64,000 nt of DNA from Thermoanaerobaculaceae bacterium. Lineage in GTDB: Bacteria > Acidobacteriota > Thermoanaerobaculia > Multivoradales > UBA5704. Below, one piece after another: positions 17,995 through 28,114 of the stretch. The stretch lies in assembly GCA_963712665.1 (NCBI GenBank), contig CAVQIV010000021.1, positions 161,922 through 225,921 of the forward strand, written 5' to 3'. The notes below the pieces were generated by a model, which worked only from the letters and a program-made list of their open reading frames with translations, had not been told where the DNA came from and searched no databases. Both the position numbers and the translations under genes were made by a program. The number at the start of each line of letters is the position of its first letter. Positions within the stretch are counted from its first letter, which is position 1.

Positions 17995-18924
17995 ATGAAT
18001 ACACAGAGACAGATCGACGACGACCGGCCGCTCGCGGAGCTGGCCCGTGCCGTCAAGCGCTACGGGGCCGTGACGGCCCTGGCAGGGATTGACTTCGCGG
18101 TCCGCCCCGGCGAGGTGGTGGCCCTGCTCGGCCCCAACGGTGCGGGCAAGACCACGGTGGTGCAGCTCCTGCTGGGCCTCATCCGCCCCAGCGCCGGCGA
18201 GGCCCGCCTCTTCGGCCGCGATCCCAAGAGCACCGAGGCCCGCGTGCGGGTGGGGACCATGCTCCAGGTCTCCAAGGTGCCGGAGACGCTCAAGGTGCGC
18301 GAGCACGTGGACCTCATCTCCAGCTACTACCCCAAGCCCCTCGCATCGCGGGAGGTGATGGCCGCGGCCGGGCTCGAAGGCTTGGAGGAGCGGCTCTTCG
18401 GCAAGCTCTCGGGCGGCCAGCGCCAGCGCGTGCTCTTCGCCCTCGCCCTGTGCGGCGATCCCGACCTGCTGTTCCTCGACGAGCCCACGGTAGGCCTCGA
18501 CGTCGAATCCCGGCGCGGCCTGTGGACGGTGATCGAAGGCAAGGCCGCCGAGGGCCGGTCGGTGCTCCTCACCACCCACTACCTGGAGGAGGCGGACGCC
18601 CTGGCGGATCGCATCGTGCTCATCAACCAGGGCCGGGTGATCGCCGAAGGCACTCCGGCGGAGATCAAGGCCCGGGTGGTGGGGCGGAAGATCCGTTGCC
18701 GCACCTCTCTGACCCTGGAGGCGGCCGCCGCCGTGCCCGGCGTGCGCAGCGCCCGGCGGGACGGGGAGATGACCGAGCTGTTCACCAACGAGGCGGACCG
18801 CGCCGTGCGCGAGCTGCTGGCCCGCGATCCCGGGCTCTCGGGCCTCGAGGTCCAGGGAGCCGATCTCGAAGAAGCGTTCCTCGCCCTCACGGGGGCGGAT
18901 CAGAAAGAGGAGGTGGCGGCATGA
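17995..18924 (+). CDS. ABC transporter ATP-binding protein
   Basis: Walker A 'GPNGAGKTT', signature 'LSGGQRQR' and Walker B 'LLFLDEPT'. The ATG at 17995 is preceded by GGAGGGA. Confidence 0.9.
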   Translation: MNTQRQIDDDRPLAELARAVKRYGAVTALAGIDFAVRPGEVVALLGPNGAGKTTVVQLLLGLIRPSAGEARLFGRDPKSTEARVRVGTMLQVSKVPETLKVREHVDLISSYYPKPLASREVMAAAGLEGLEERLFGKLSGGQRQRVLFALALCGDPDLLFLDEPTVGLDVESRRGLWTVIEGKAAEGRSVLLTTHYLEEADALADRIVLINQGRVIAEGTPAEIKARVVGRKIRCRTSLTLEAAAAVPGVRSARRDGEMTELFTNEADRAVRELLARDPGLSGLEVQGADLEEAFLALTGADQKEEVAA

Positions 18925-19727
18925 GCACCGAGACGATCCAGACTCCATTGACGATGGCGCCGGTCCGGCGGCGGGTCGTCCGGATCTACGCCCTGGAGAC
19001 GAAATACGAGTTCCTGAAGCTGCTGCGCATGCCGGCCTACGTGATCCCCACGCTGACCTTCCCCCTGGTCTTCTACATGCTCTTCGGGGTGGCCCTGAAG
19101 CAGGGGCCGGGCGGGTTCAACTTCCCCACCTATCTCATCGCCACCTACGGCGCCTTCGGAGTGATGAACGCCGCCCTCTTCGGCCTCGGCGTGGGCCTGG
19201 CGGTGGAGCGCGGCCAGGGGTGGCTCCTCTTCAAGCGGGCGACTCCCATGCCGCCGCTCGCCCACTACCTGGGGAAGCTCGCCATGTGCATCCTCTTCGG
19301 CTCGCTGATGGTGAGCCTGCTGTTCGCCCTGGGCGCCACGGCCGGCGGCGTGCGCCTGCCGCTCACCACCTGGCTGGCTCTCGCCGGGGTGCAGATCGCC
19401 GGCGCCGTGCCCTTCGCCGCCTTCGGTCTCGCCATCGGCTATTGGGCGGGTCCCAACTCGGCGCCGGCCCTCATCAACCTGATCTCGCTTCCCGCCGCCT
19501 TCGGCTCGGGCATGTGGATCCCCATCCAGATGATGCCCGGGGTGGTGAGGAAGATCGCCCCGTTCCTCCCCTCCTACCACTTCGCCCAGCTCGCCTTGAA
19601 GACGATCGGCATGGACCGTGGGGAATCGGTGGGGCAGGGGGTGGCCGTGCTGGCCGTCTTCACCCTCCTCTCCCTGGTCCTCGCCTGGGCCGGCTGGCGG
19701 CGGGACGAGGGAAAGACGTACGGGTAG
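18921..19727 (+). CDS. ABC-2 type transporter permease
   Basis: MSTETIQTPL...; it has six predicted hydrophobic segments. Its ATG overlaps the ATPase stop (ATGA). Confidence 0.85.
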   Translation: MSTETIQTPLTMAPVRRRVVRIYALETKYEFLKLLRMPAYVIPTLTFPLVFYMLFGVALKQGPGGFNFPTYLIATYGAFGVMNAALFGLGVGLAVERGQGWLLFKRATPMPPLAHYLGKLAMCILFGSLMVSLLFALGATAGGVRLPLTTWLALAGVQIAGAVPFAAFGLAIGYWAGPNSAPALINLISLPAAFGSGMWIPIQMMPGVVRKIAPFLPSYHFAQLALKTIGMDRGESVGQGVAVLAVFTLLSLVLAWAGWRRDEGKTYG

Positions 19728-19764
19728 ATCGGCCCGCGTATATAAATAAGGTCGAGGGAGACCC

Positions 19765-20909
<1,145 letters not shown>

Positions 20910-20913
<4 letters not shown>

Positions 20914-21512
20914 TCCGCGTGCTCCTGGCCGAGGACCAGTCCATGGTGCTGGGCGCCCTCGCCGCGCTCCTCGAGCTGGAGCCGGACATCGAGGTGGTGG
21001 GGCGCGCCCACGACGGCCGGGAGGCCCTGGCCCTGCTCGAGACGGCGCGGCCGGACGTGGTGCTCACCGACATCGAGATGCCGAACCTCACCGGCCTCGA
21101 GCTGGCCGCCGAGCTCAAGCGGCGGGGGAGCCCGGCGCGGGTGGTCATCCTCACCACCTTCGGCCGCAGCGGCTACCTGCGCCGGGCCCTCGACGCCGGA
21201 GCCGCCGGCTATCTGCTGAAAGACGCTCCGGCCGAGAAGCTGGCCGAGGCCGTCCGCCGCGTCCACGCCGGACTGCGGGCCATCGATCCCGAGCTGGCCG
21301 CGGCCGCCTGGGAGGAGGCCGATCCGCTGACCGACCGCGAGCGCCAGGTGCTCCGCCTCGCCGGTGAGGGTCTCGCCAGCGCCCGCATCGCCTCCGAGCT
21401 CCACCTCTCGGAGGGGACGGTCCGCAACTACCTCTCCGAAGCCATCAGCAAGCTCGGCGCCGAAAACCGCGTCGAAGCCGCCCGCATCGCCCGCCAGAAG
21501 GGCTGGCTCTGA
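20910..21512 (+). CDS. Response regulator, NarL/LuxR family
   Basis: Receiver domain 'MIRVLLAEDQ...DVVLTDIEMP' and a LuxR HTH 'LTDRERQVLRLAGEGLASARIASELHLSEGTVRNYLSEAISKLG'. It overlaps the kinase stop. Confidence 0.9.
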
Positions 21513-21551
21513 GGCGCTCTGAGCCCGGATCGTCACCGGCTCTCCCGAGAC

Positions 21552-21579
21552 TTGACGTATCCCCATATTGGAGTAGGAT
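21552..21579 (+). promoter_or_regulatory. Sigma-70-like promoter candidate for the S8 peptidase gene
   Basis: TTGACG (21552-21557), a 16-nt spacer, then TAGGAT (21574-21579). Confidence 0.3.
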
Positions 21580-21610
21580 TCTCCCCTAACTCTGCCTTAC
21601 TGCGACCATC

Positions 21611-21624
21611 GCGCAACGTTGCGC
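21611..21624. promoter_or_regulatory. Perfect 14-nt palindrome GCGCAACGTTGCGC in the peptidase 5' leader
   Basis: Read directly from the sequence. It lies between the candidate promoter and the ATG at 21690, directly downstream of the NarL-type regulator gene. Confidence 0.3.
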
Positions 21625-21689
21625 TGGCCTTATCGTTGAATTTGCTACGGATCTCAATCTCGAACGATCGAGGAGAGGGAGTCATCACC

Positions 21690-24600
21690 ATGGTCAAACG
21701 TGTCCTGTCTGGTTGCAGCCGGCTGCTGATGCCGGTGGTCCTGGTCCTGCTGGCGTTGTCGATTCAGGGCCCCGCCTTCGCGCAGGAGGGAGAGGAGATC
21801 GCCATCACGCCTCCCACGGCGGGTCCTATCAACGTCCTGGTGGAGCTCTCGGAAGCGCCGGCGGCGTTGGTCTACGGCAACACCCTGCGGCAGAACGCTG
21901 CTCTGCCCCGGGCCCAGGCGCAGACGCTGGCCGTTACCGCCGCCAGGAAGCAGCTCGCGGCCATCGCGACGCAGCAGGCGCGGTTCGACAGCGCTCTCGC
22001 TGCCGTGCCGGTGCCGCTGCATGAGATCTACCGGGTCGACAAGGCCTACAACGGCGTTGCCTTCCTGGTCGATCCCTCGGCCATCCCCGCGCTGCGCCGG
22101 CTGCCGGGCGTGCGCAACGTGCACGTGATCGTGCCCGAGCTCCCCACCAACTCCACGAGCGTCCCCTTTCTCGGCGTGCCCAACCTATGGGGCAACACCA
22201 TCGGGCTGCCCCAGGGAGTGACGGGCACGGGGATCAAGATCGGCGTCATCGACACCGGCATCGACTACCAACACGCAAACTTCGGCGGCACGGGCCTGCT
22301 GGCGGACTACCAGGCCAACGACCGCACGATCATCACCGACACGATCGGCGGCAATCCCATCTTTCCCACTCCCAAGGTAGTGGGCGGCACGGACTTCGCG
22401 GGCGACGCCTACACGGGCAACAACGCGCCGGCGCCGGACCCCGATCCCATGGACTGCGGCGGCCACGGCAGCCACGTCTCCGGCACGGCCGCGGGCCTGG
22501 GAGTCACGGCGGCCGGCACCACCTACGGCGGTCCCTATGACGGCAGCGCGCCGTTCGCCTCGCTGCGCATCGGTCCCGGCGTGGCCCCCGGCGCAACTCT
22601 CTATGCCCTGCGGGTCTTCGGCTGCACGGGCAGCACGGGATTGACGGTCCAGGCCATCAACTGGGCCGTGGACCCTAACAACGACGCCGACTTCTCGGAC
22701 CACCTCGACGTCATCAACATGTCGCTGGGCTCCAACTTCGGCGGCGTCAACAACACCACGACGCAGGCGGCCGAGAACGCCGCCGCCGCCGGGGTGATCG
22801 TGGTCTGCTCGGCCGGCAACGCCGGCGACACCTACTTCATCACCGGCGCCCCGGGCGTCTCCAGCCGCACCATCTCCACGGCGGCGAGCGTCGACTCCGG
22901 CATCGGCGGCGCGGTCCTCAACGTCAACTCGCCGCCGGTCATCGCCGGCGGCTACGCGGTCTCGGCCACCAACACCTTCGCGCCCACGCCGGCGCCCGCT
23001 CCCAGCGGCCAGACCGCCAACATCGTGCAGGGGATCGATCCGGCGGACGGCGCCGGTCCCCTCACCACGGATGGCTGTTCCCCGCTGACCAACGCCGCGG
23101 CGGTGGCCGGCAACATCGCTCTGATCGATCGCGGCACCTGCGGCTTCCAGGTCAAGGCGAACACCGCGCAGGCCGCGGGCGCCATCGGCGTCATCATCGC
23201 CAACAACGTGGTCGGCGATCCAAACCTGATCGCGATGGGCGCCACGGGTGTCGTTCCCGTCACCATCCCGGCTCTCTTCATCTCGCTCGCGGATCGCAAC
23301 ACCATCGTCGCGAACCTGCCGGCCAACGCCACGCTGGGCGCGGCGACCGCCGCCGACACCCTGGCGGGCTTCTCGTCGCGCGGTCCGCGGCGGGCCTCCT
23401 CGCCCATCCGCCTCAAGCCCGACATCGCGGCCCCGGGCTTGAACATCACCTCCACCCAGACCGGCATCTGCAACAGCACCTGTCTGCGCGATGCCGCGAC
23501 GCCGAACGGCGCCTTCATTCCCGGCAACCTGTCGCTGACCATCTCCGGCACCTCCATGGCGAGCCCCCACATGGCGGGCATCATGGCGCTGCTGCGGCAG
23601 ATCCACCCCAACTGGTCGGTCGAGCAGCTCAAGGCCCTGGCCATGGACAACGCCATCCATGACGTCTCCATCGGCGCCAACGGCGCCGGCCTCAAGTACG
23701 GCCCCGGCCGCATCGGCGCCGGCCGCGTCGATCCCTCGGCCTCGGCGACGGCCAAGGTGGTGGCTCTGAACGACGACGACACGGGCCTGGTGAGCGTCTC
23801 CTTCGAATCCACCGAAGTGGTGGGCGCGGCCACGGAGGTCAAGAAGGTCCGACTGGTCAACACCGACACGTCCGATGCCACCTACGATCTGAGCATCACG
23901 ACCTCGGTCAACGCGCCGGGCATCGCCTTCTCCCTGCCCGGCGGCAGCTCCGTCACCGTGCCGGCGGGTGACTCGGTGGGGATCGACGTCCAGATGGACG
24001 CCAATGGAGCGTTGATGGACCACGCGCGAGAGGCGACGGTAGCTCCGTTCCAGACCGCGCCGGCCCCGCTCGCCGCGCTCGGCAACCTCGCCCGCCACTG
24101 GCTGACGGAGGAGGCCGGCTACCTGGTGCTGAGCCAGAGCGGCGTTCCCAAGCTGCGGGTGCCCCTCTACCTGAACAGCCGTCCGGCCTCGACCATGTCG
24201 GCGCCGGCCACCATCGTCACCGGCGGCGGCGCCAGCGGCTCCACCACCATCCCCCTCTCGGGCTCGGACGTCTGCACCGGCACCCTCGGCGCCGGTCCGA
24301 CCTGCACCGGTACCTTCCCGAACGACGAGGTCTCGCTGGTGACGCCGTTCGAGCTCCAGGTGGTGAGCCCGCAGGATGAGACGGTGGCCCCGCCCTACGC
24401 CGACCTCCAGTACGCCGGCGTGGCGTTCTCGCCGGCCAGCAACGTGCTGATGTTCGGCGTCTCCACCTGGGGCGACTGGTCCACCCCCACCGACGTGGCG
24501 TTCAACGTCTACATCGACACCAACGAGGACGGCACCTGGGATCGCATCCTCTTCAACAGCAACCCGGGCACCATGGCGCAGGCGCTGTTCGGCAACGCCG

Positions 24601-26714
24601 CCGCCACGGGGCAGGACAGCTTCCTCACCGGCGTCCTCACCATCGCCACCAACGGCGTGGGCACCCAGCAGTTCGTCAACCGCCTGAGCTCCGCGGGCTT
24701 CGACTCGGCGCTGTTCAGCAACAACGTCATGTTCCTGGCGGCGACGCCGGCATCGCTCGGCCTGCCCGCGGGCGACACCACCTTCCGCTGGAAGGTCGTC
24801 ACCTGCCCGGGCTTCGCGCCTCTGTGCCTGCAGCTCAACGGCTTCAAGGACGACGAAGCGCCGGGACCCTTCTTCTTCAACTACAACGCCCAGGGCCTCA
24901 ACTTCAACGGCACCAACCTGGCCCAGGACCTCAACGGCGCCACCCTGCCGGTGACCTGGAACACGGCCAACATGACGACCAACGGCGCGCTCGGCGCGCT
25001 GCTCCTCCACCACCACAACAAGGCCGGCCAGCGCGCCGAGGTGGTGGTGCTCGACACCGCCCAGCAGGCCGACCTCTCGATCACCAAGTCGGTGAATCCG
25101 CCCACTCCGACCCTCGGGCAGAACGCCACCTTCACCGTCACCGTCACCAATAACGGCCCGAACCCCGCCACCGGCGTCCAGGTGACCGACCTGCTGCCCG
25201 CCGGCCTCACCTACGTCTCCGACGACGGCGGCGGCGCGTACGTCCCGGGCACCGGCGCGTGGACCGTGGGTGCGCTCGCCGTCTCCGGCAGCGCCACGCT
25301 CAACATCGTGGCCACGGTGGACACCAGCGACAAGGTGTGCAACCTCGCCCAGATCACGGCCGCGACGCCGCTCGATCCCAACCCGGTGAACAACTCCTCG
25401 CAGGTCTGCGTCATGGCGCCGCGCGCGGCCGACCTGGCCGTGAGCATGAGCGTCAGCAGCCCCACGGTGCTGGTGGGCAACAACGTCACCTACACCATCA
25501 CGGTGACCAACAACGGCGACGATCCGGCCTACGCCATCGACCTGACGGAGACCTTCCCGGCCTTCCCGCTGCTCAACCCGACCTCCTTCACGGCGTCGCA
25601 GGGCACCTACAACCCGGCCACGGGCCTGTGGAACCTGGCTACCCTGGGGACGGGATTCTCGGCGACCTTGAACATCACCCTGGCGGCGCCCAACATGGCC
25701 GGCGCGCTCACCGATCAGAGCACGGCCGCGGCCGGCACCGGCGATCCGAACAACGCCAACAACACCGCGAGCGCCACCACCACGGTGCTCTCGCCGGCCA
25801 CCATCACGGCCACCAAGAACGTCGCCGGCAGCTTCGTCGAGGGCGGCACCGTCACCTACACGATCGTCCTCACCAACAGCAGCAACTTCGACCAGCAGGA
25901 CAACCCCGCCAGCCATGAGCTGGTGGACGTGCTCCCCTCGCAGCTCACCCTGGTGAGCGCCACCGACGGCGCCAGCCCCGGCACGTTCTCCAACTCGGGC
26001 AACACCGTCAACTGGGACGGCGCCATTCCGGCCAACAGCTCGGTGACCATCACCATCACCGCCACCATCAATGCCGGCACCGCCCTCCAGACGGTCTCCA
26101 ACACGGCCACCGCCAACTTCGACTCCGACGGCAACGGCGTCAACGAAGCCGTGGCGAACTCGACGGGCAACTCGTCCTTCGTGGTCGTCTCGCCCTCCTC
26201 GGTCGGCACCCACAGCAAGACCGTCTCCGGCACCTTCGTCGAGGGTGGGACCATCACCTACACGGTGATCATCTCCAACCCGAGCGCCTCGGCGCAGCTC
26301 GACAACCCCGGCGACGAGCTCACGGACGTGCTGCCGTCCAGCCTCACCCTGGTCAGCGCCAACGCCACCATCCCCACGGCCACGGTGGACCTGCCCATGA
26401 ATACGGTGCACTGGAACGGCACCATCCCGGCCGGCGGCTCGGTGACCATCACCATCACCGCGACCATCAAGAACGGCACGGGCAGCCAGACCATCAGCAA
26501 CCAGGGCACCGTCTTCTTCGATGCGGACGGCAACGGCACCAACGAGTCGTCGGTCCTCACTGACGATCCGGCGGTCGGCGGCGTCAACGATCCGACGTCC
26601 TTCCGGGTTGCCGGCGTCACCGAGATCCCGACCCTCTCCACGGTCGGCCTCGCGATGCTCGCTCTGCTCCTGCTGGGCGGCGCGATGCTGATTCTGCGAC
26701 GGCGGCAGGCGTAG
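21690..26714 (+). CDS. S8 (subtilisin-family) serine peptidase with PA domain, DUF11-type repeats and an IPTL-CTERM sorting signal
   Basis: Signal peptide MVKRVLSGCSRLLMPVVLVLLALSIQGPAFA. Catalytic D 'GVIDTGID', H 'GHGSHVSGTAAG' and S 'GTSMASPHMAG'. PA domain 'IALIDRGTCGFQVKANTAQAAGAIGVIIANN'. Repeated 'ADL.ITKS.....GQN.T.T.TVTNNGP..A'. C-terminus 'EIPTLSTVGLAMLALLLLGGAMLILRRRQA'. Confidence 0.9.
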   Translation: MVKRVLSGCSRLLMPVVLVLLALSIQGPAFAQEGEEIAITPPTAGPINVLVELSEAPAALVYGNTLRQNAALPRAQAQTLAVTAARKQLAAIATQQARFDSALAAVPVPLHEIYRVDKAYNGVAFLVDPSAIPALRRLPGVRNVHVIVPELPTNSTSVPFLGVPNLWGNTIGLPQGVTGTGIKIGVIDTGIDYQHANFGGTGLLADYQANDRTIITDTIGGNPIFPTPKVVGGTDFAGDAYTGNNAPAPDPDPMDCGGHGSHVSGTAAGLGVTAAGTTYGGPYDGSAPFASLRIGPGVAPGATLYALRVFGCTGSTGLTVQAINWAVDPNNDADFSDHLDVINMSLGSNFGGVNNTTTQAAENAAAAGVIVVCSAGNAGDTYFITGAPGVSSRTISTAASVDSGIGGAVLNVNSPPVIAGGYAVSATNTFAPTPAPAPSGQTANIVQGIDPADGAGPLTTDGCSPLTNAAAVAGNIALIDRGTCGFQVKANTAQAAGAIGVIIANNVVGDPNLIAMGATGVVPVTIPALFISLADRNTIVANLPANATLGAATAADTLAGFSSRGPRRASSPIRLKPDIAAPGLNITSTQTGICNSTCLRDAATPNGAFIPGNLSLTISGTSMASPHMAGIMALLRQIHPNWSVEQLKALAMDNAIHDVSIGANGAGLKYGPGRIGAGRVDPSASATAKVVALNDDDTGLVSVSFESTEVVGAATEVKKVRLVNTDTSDATYDLSITTSVNAPGIAFSLPGGSSVTVPAGDSVGIDVQMDANGALMDHAREATVAPFQTAPAPLAALGNLARHWLTEEAGYLVLSQSGVPKLRVPLYLNSRPASTMSAPATIVTGGGASGSTTIPLSGSDVCTGTLGAGPTCTGTFPNDEVSLVTPFELQVVSPQDETVAPPYADLQYAGVAFSPASNVLMFGVSTWGDWSTPTDVAFNVYIDTNEDGTWDRILFNSNPGTMAQALFGNAAATGQDSFLTGVLTIATNGVGTQQFVNRLSSAGFDSALFSNNVMFLAATPASLGLPAGDTTFRWKVVTCPGFAPLCLQLNGFKDDEAPGPFFFNYNAQGLNFNGTNLAQDLNGATLPVTWNTANMTTNGALGALLLHHHNKAGQRAEVVVLDTAQQADLSITKSVNPPTPTLGQNATFTVTVTNNGPNPATGVQVTDLLPAGLTYVSDDGGGAYVPGTGAWTVGALAVSGSATLNIVATVDTSDKVCNLAQITAATPLDPNPVNNSSQVCVMAPRAADLAVSMSVSSPTVLVGNNVTYTITVTNNGDDPAYAIDLTETFPAFPLLNPTSFTASQGTYNPATGLWNLATLGTGFSATLNITLAAPNMAGALTDQSTAAAGTGDPNNANNTASATTTVLSPATITATKNVAGSFVEGGTVTYTIVLTNSSNFDQQDNPASHELVDVLPSQLTLVSATDGASPGTFSNSGNTVNWDGAIPANSSVTITITATINAGTALQTVSNTATANFDSDGNGVNEAVANSTGNSSFVVVSPSSVGTHSKTVSGTFVEGGTITYTVIISNPSASAQLDNPGDELTDVLPSSLTLVSANATIPTATVDLPMNTVHWNGTIPAGGSVTITITATIKNGTGSQTISNQGTVFFDADGNGTNESSVLTDDPAVGGVNDPTSFRVAGVTEIPTLSTVGLAMLALLLLGGAMLILRRRQA

Positions 26715-26735
26715 GAAGTCGGAAGCAAGCCCTCA

Positions 26736-26763
26736 CCGGGCGGGGGCTCTCACCCCCGCCCGG
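26736..26763 (+). terminator. Strong GC hairpin after the S8 peptidase gene (11-bp stem, 6-nt loop), no U-tract
   Basis: ccgggcggggg-ctctca-cccccgcccgg, 22 nt after the stop codon. Confidence 0.4.
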
Positions 26764-26942
26764 CCCTCACTCCCCCAGCCCCTCTCTCCCGCTCCCTCGC
26801 CACCCCCCTCACCGGGAGAGAGGGGAGCGGTTAGCCCTGTAAAAGCAAGAAGATCCGTCTTTTCTTCAGACAAACCTCTCCCTCTTCTCCCGGTGAGGGG
26901 GGTGGGAGGGGACGGGAGAAGAGGGCCGGGGTGATGAGGGTC
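26762..26942. repeat. Long extragenic palindromic element, copy A (two ~65-nt imperfect arms)
   Basis: The left arm (26762-26827) is the reverse complement of the right arm (26876-26942). The right arm and loop are near-identical to copy B, including 'gggagaagagggccggggtgatgaggg' and 'ttcagacaaac(c/t)tctccctcttctcccgg'. Confidence 0.8.
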
Positions 26943-27101
26943 TTACTTCGGCCGCGGCGCGCGCCCGGCCTGCTTCAGGGCGCGCGCCAGGAGGAACTCG
27001 ATCTGCGCGTTGACGCTGCGCATCTCGTCGTCGGCCCACTTGCGGAGGGCTTCGTAGACCTCCGGATCGAGCCTCAGGGGATAGTTCTTCCGCTCTGCCA
27101 A
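26943..27101 (-). CDS. Arc/MetJ-type ribbon-helix-helix DNA-binding protein (52 aa)
   Basis: Below the track cutoff. TTG start, then (M)[51 protein letters not shown]. It lies 13 nt downstream of the SPFH gene, and an in-frame TGA just upstream closes off longer starts. Confidence 0.55.
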   Translation of the reverse strand: MAERKNYPLRLDPEVYEALRKWADDEMRSVNAQIEFLLARALKQAGRAPRPK

Positions 27102-27114
27102 GGCCTCGGTCCTA

Positions 27115-27981
27115 CTAGTAGAGGCTGCCGGCGTTGATCACCGGCTGAGGATGACGGTCGCCGCAGAGCACCACCAGCAGGTTGCTGACCATGGCGGCCT
27201 TGCGCTCGTCGTCGAGCTGGACGACCCCCTTCTCCGAGAGCATCTGGAGGGCGTGCTCGACCATGCCCACGGCGCCTTCGACGATCTTCGAGCGGGCGGC
27301 CACCACGGCGCTCGCCTGCTGGCGCTGCAGCATGGCGGAAGCGATCTCGGCCGAGTAGGCGAGGTGGCTGATGCGGGCCTCGACCACCTTGACGCCCGCC
27401 TGCTCCAGTCGCTCCTGGATCTCCCGGGCCAGCCCCACGGACATCTCCGCCGTGTGGCTCGACAGGGCCATCTCCCCCTCGTGGTCGGCCACGTAGGCGT
27501 AGTGGGTGGCGAGGTTCCTCAGGGCCGACTCGCTCTGGACGTGGACGAAGTTGATGTAGTCGTCGACGTTGAACAGGGCCTCGGCCGTGTCCACCACCTT
27601 CCACACCACGACGGCCGCGATCTCGATGGGGTTGCCGCTCTTGTCGTTGACCTTGAGCTTGCCCGTCTCGAAGTTGCGGGTGCGCACCGAGATCGCCTTC
27701 TTGGAGTAGAAGGGGTTGGCCCACCGCAGCCCGGCCGTCCGGGTCGTGCCGCGGTAATCGCCGAAAAGCTGCAACACCTTGGACTGATTGGGGTTGACGA
27801 CGTACAGCCCCGCCAACCCGATGATCGCGATCAACATCAGCAGAATCGAGCCGAGGATCCCGATCCCCGATCCCGCGCGTGCGGACGCGATCAGCCCATA
27901 GCAGGAGGCGAAGAACAGAACCAGGAACACCAGCAGCATCCCGAGCCCGGGGCTGCCGTTGAACTCCTTCTCGCGAATCAT
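27115..27981 (-). CDS. SPFH/band-7 (stomatin/prohibitin-like) membrane protein
   Basis: Starts at [24 protein letters not shown] (TM segments), then the SPFH core '...[17 protein letters not shown]...[29 protein letters not shown]...'. Confidence 0.9.
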   Translation of the reverse strand: MIREKEFNGSPGLGMLLVFLVLFFASCYGLIASARAGSGIGILGSILLMLIAIIGLAGLYVVNPNQSKVLQLFGDYRGTTRTAGLRWANPFYSKKAISVRTRNFETGKLKVNDKSGNPIEIAAVVVWKVVDTAEALFNVDDYINFVHVQSESALRNLATHYAYVADHEGEMALSSHTAEMSVGLAREIQERLEQAGVKVVEARISHLAYSAEIASAMLQRQQASAVVAARSKIVEGAVGMVEHALQMLSEKGVVQLDDERKAAMVSNLLVVLCGDRHPQPVINAGSLY

Positions 27982-28008
27982 GGTGACGTATCTCCCTTTC
28001 TTGGATAC

Positions 28009-28026
28009 CAGAGTGATATCACTCTG
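28009..28026. promoter_or_regulatory. Perfect 18-bp palindrome CAGAGTGAT|ATCACTCTG in the divergent SPFH/HEAT intergenic region
   Basis: Read directly from the sequence. It is 28 nt upstream of the SPFH start. It is a candidate operator, for example for the RHH protein co-transcribed with the SPFH gene. Confidence 0.35.
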
Positions 28027-28114
28027 ATGCCAGATACGCAAGGGGGAGGGGAAGGTTGCAGGACGTTGCCTCTGAGGAGGAGCGGCGGCTCTCGATGTGC
28101 CCTGATAGGATTCG

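Noticed and set aside
22185-26411. 1408-aa minus-strand ORF opposite the S8 peptidase
   Set aside because: The plus strand carries clear S8 catalytic motifs, a PA domain, DUF11 repeats and IPTL-CTERM. The minus-strand frame is a shadow ORF.
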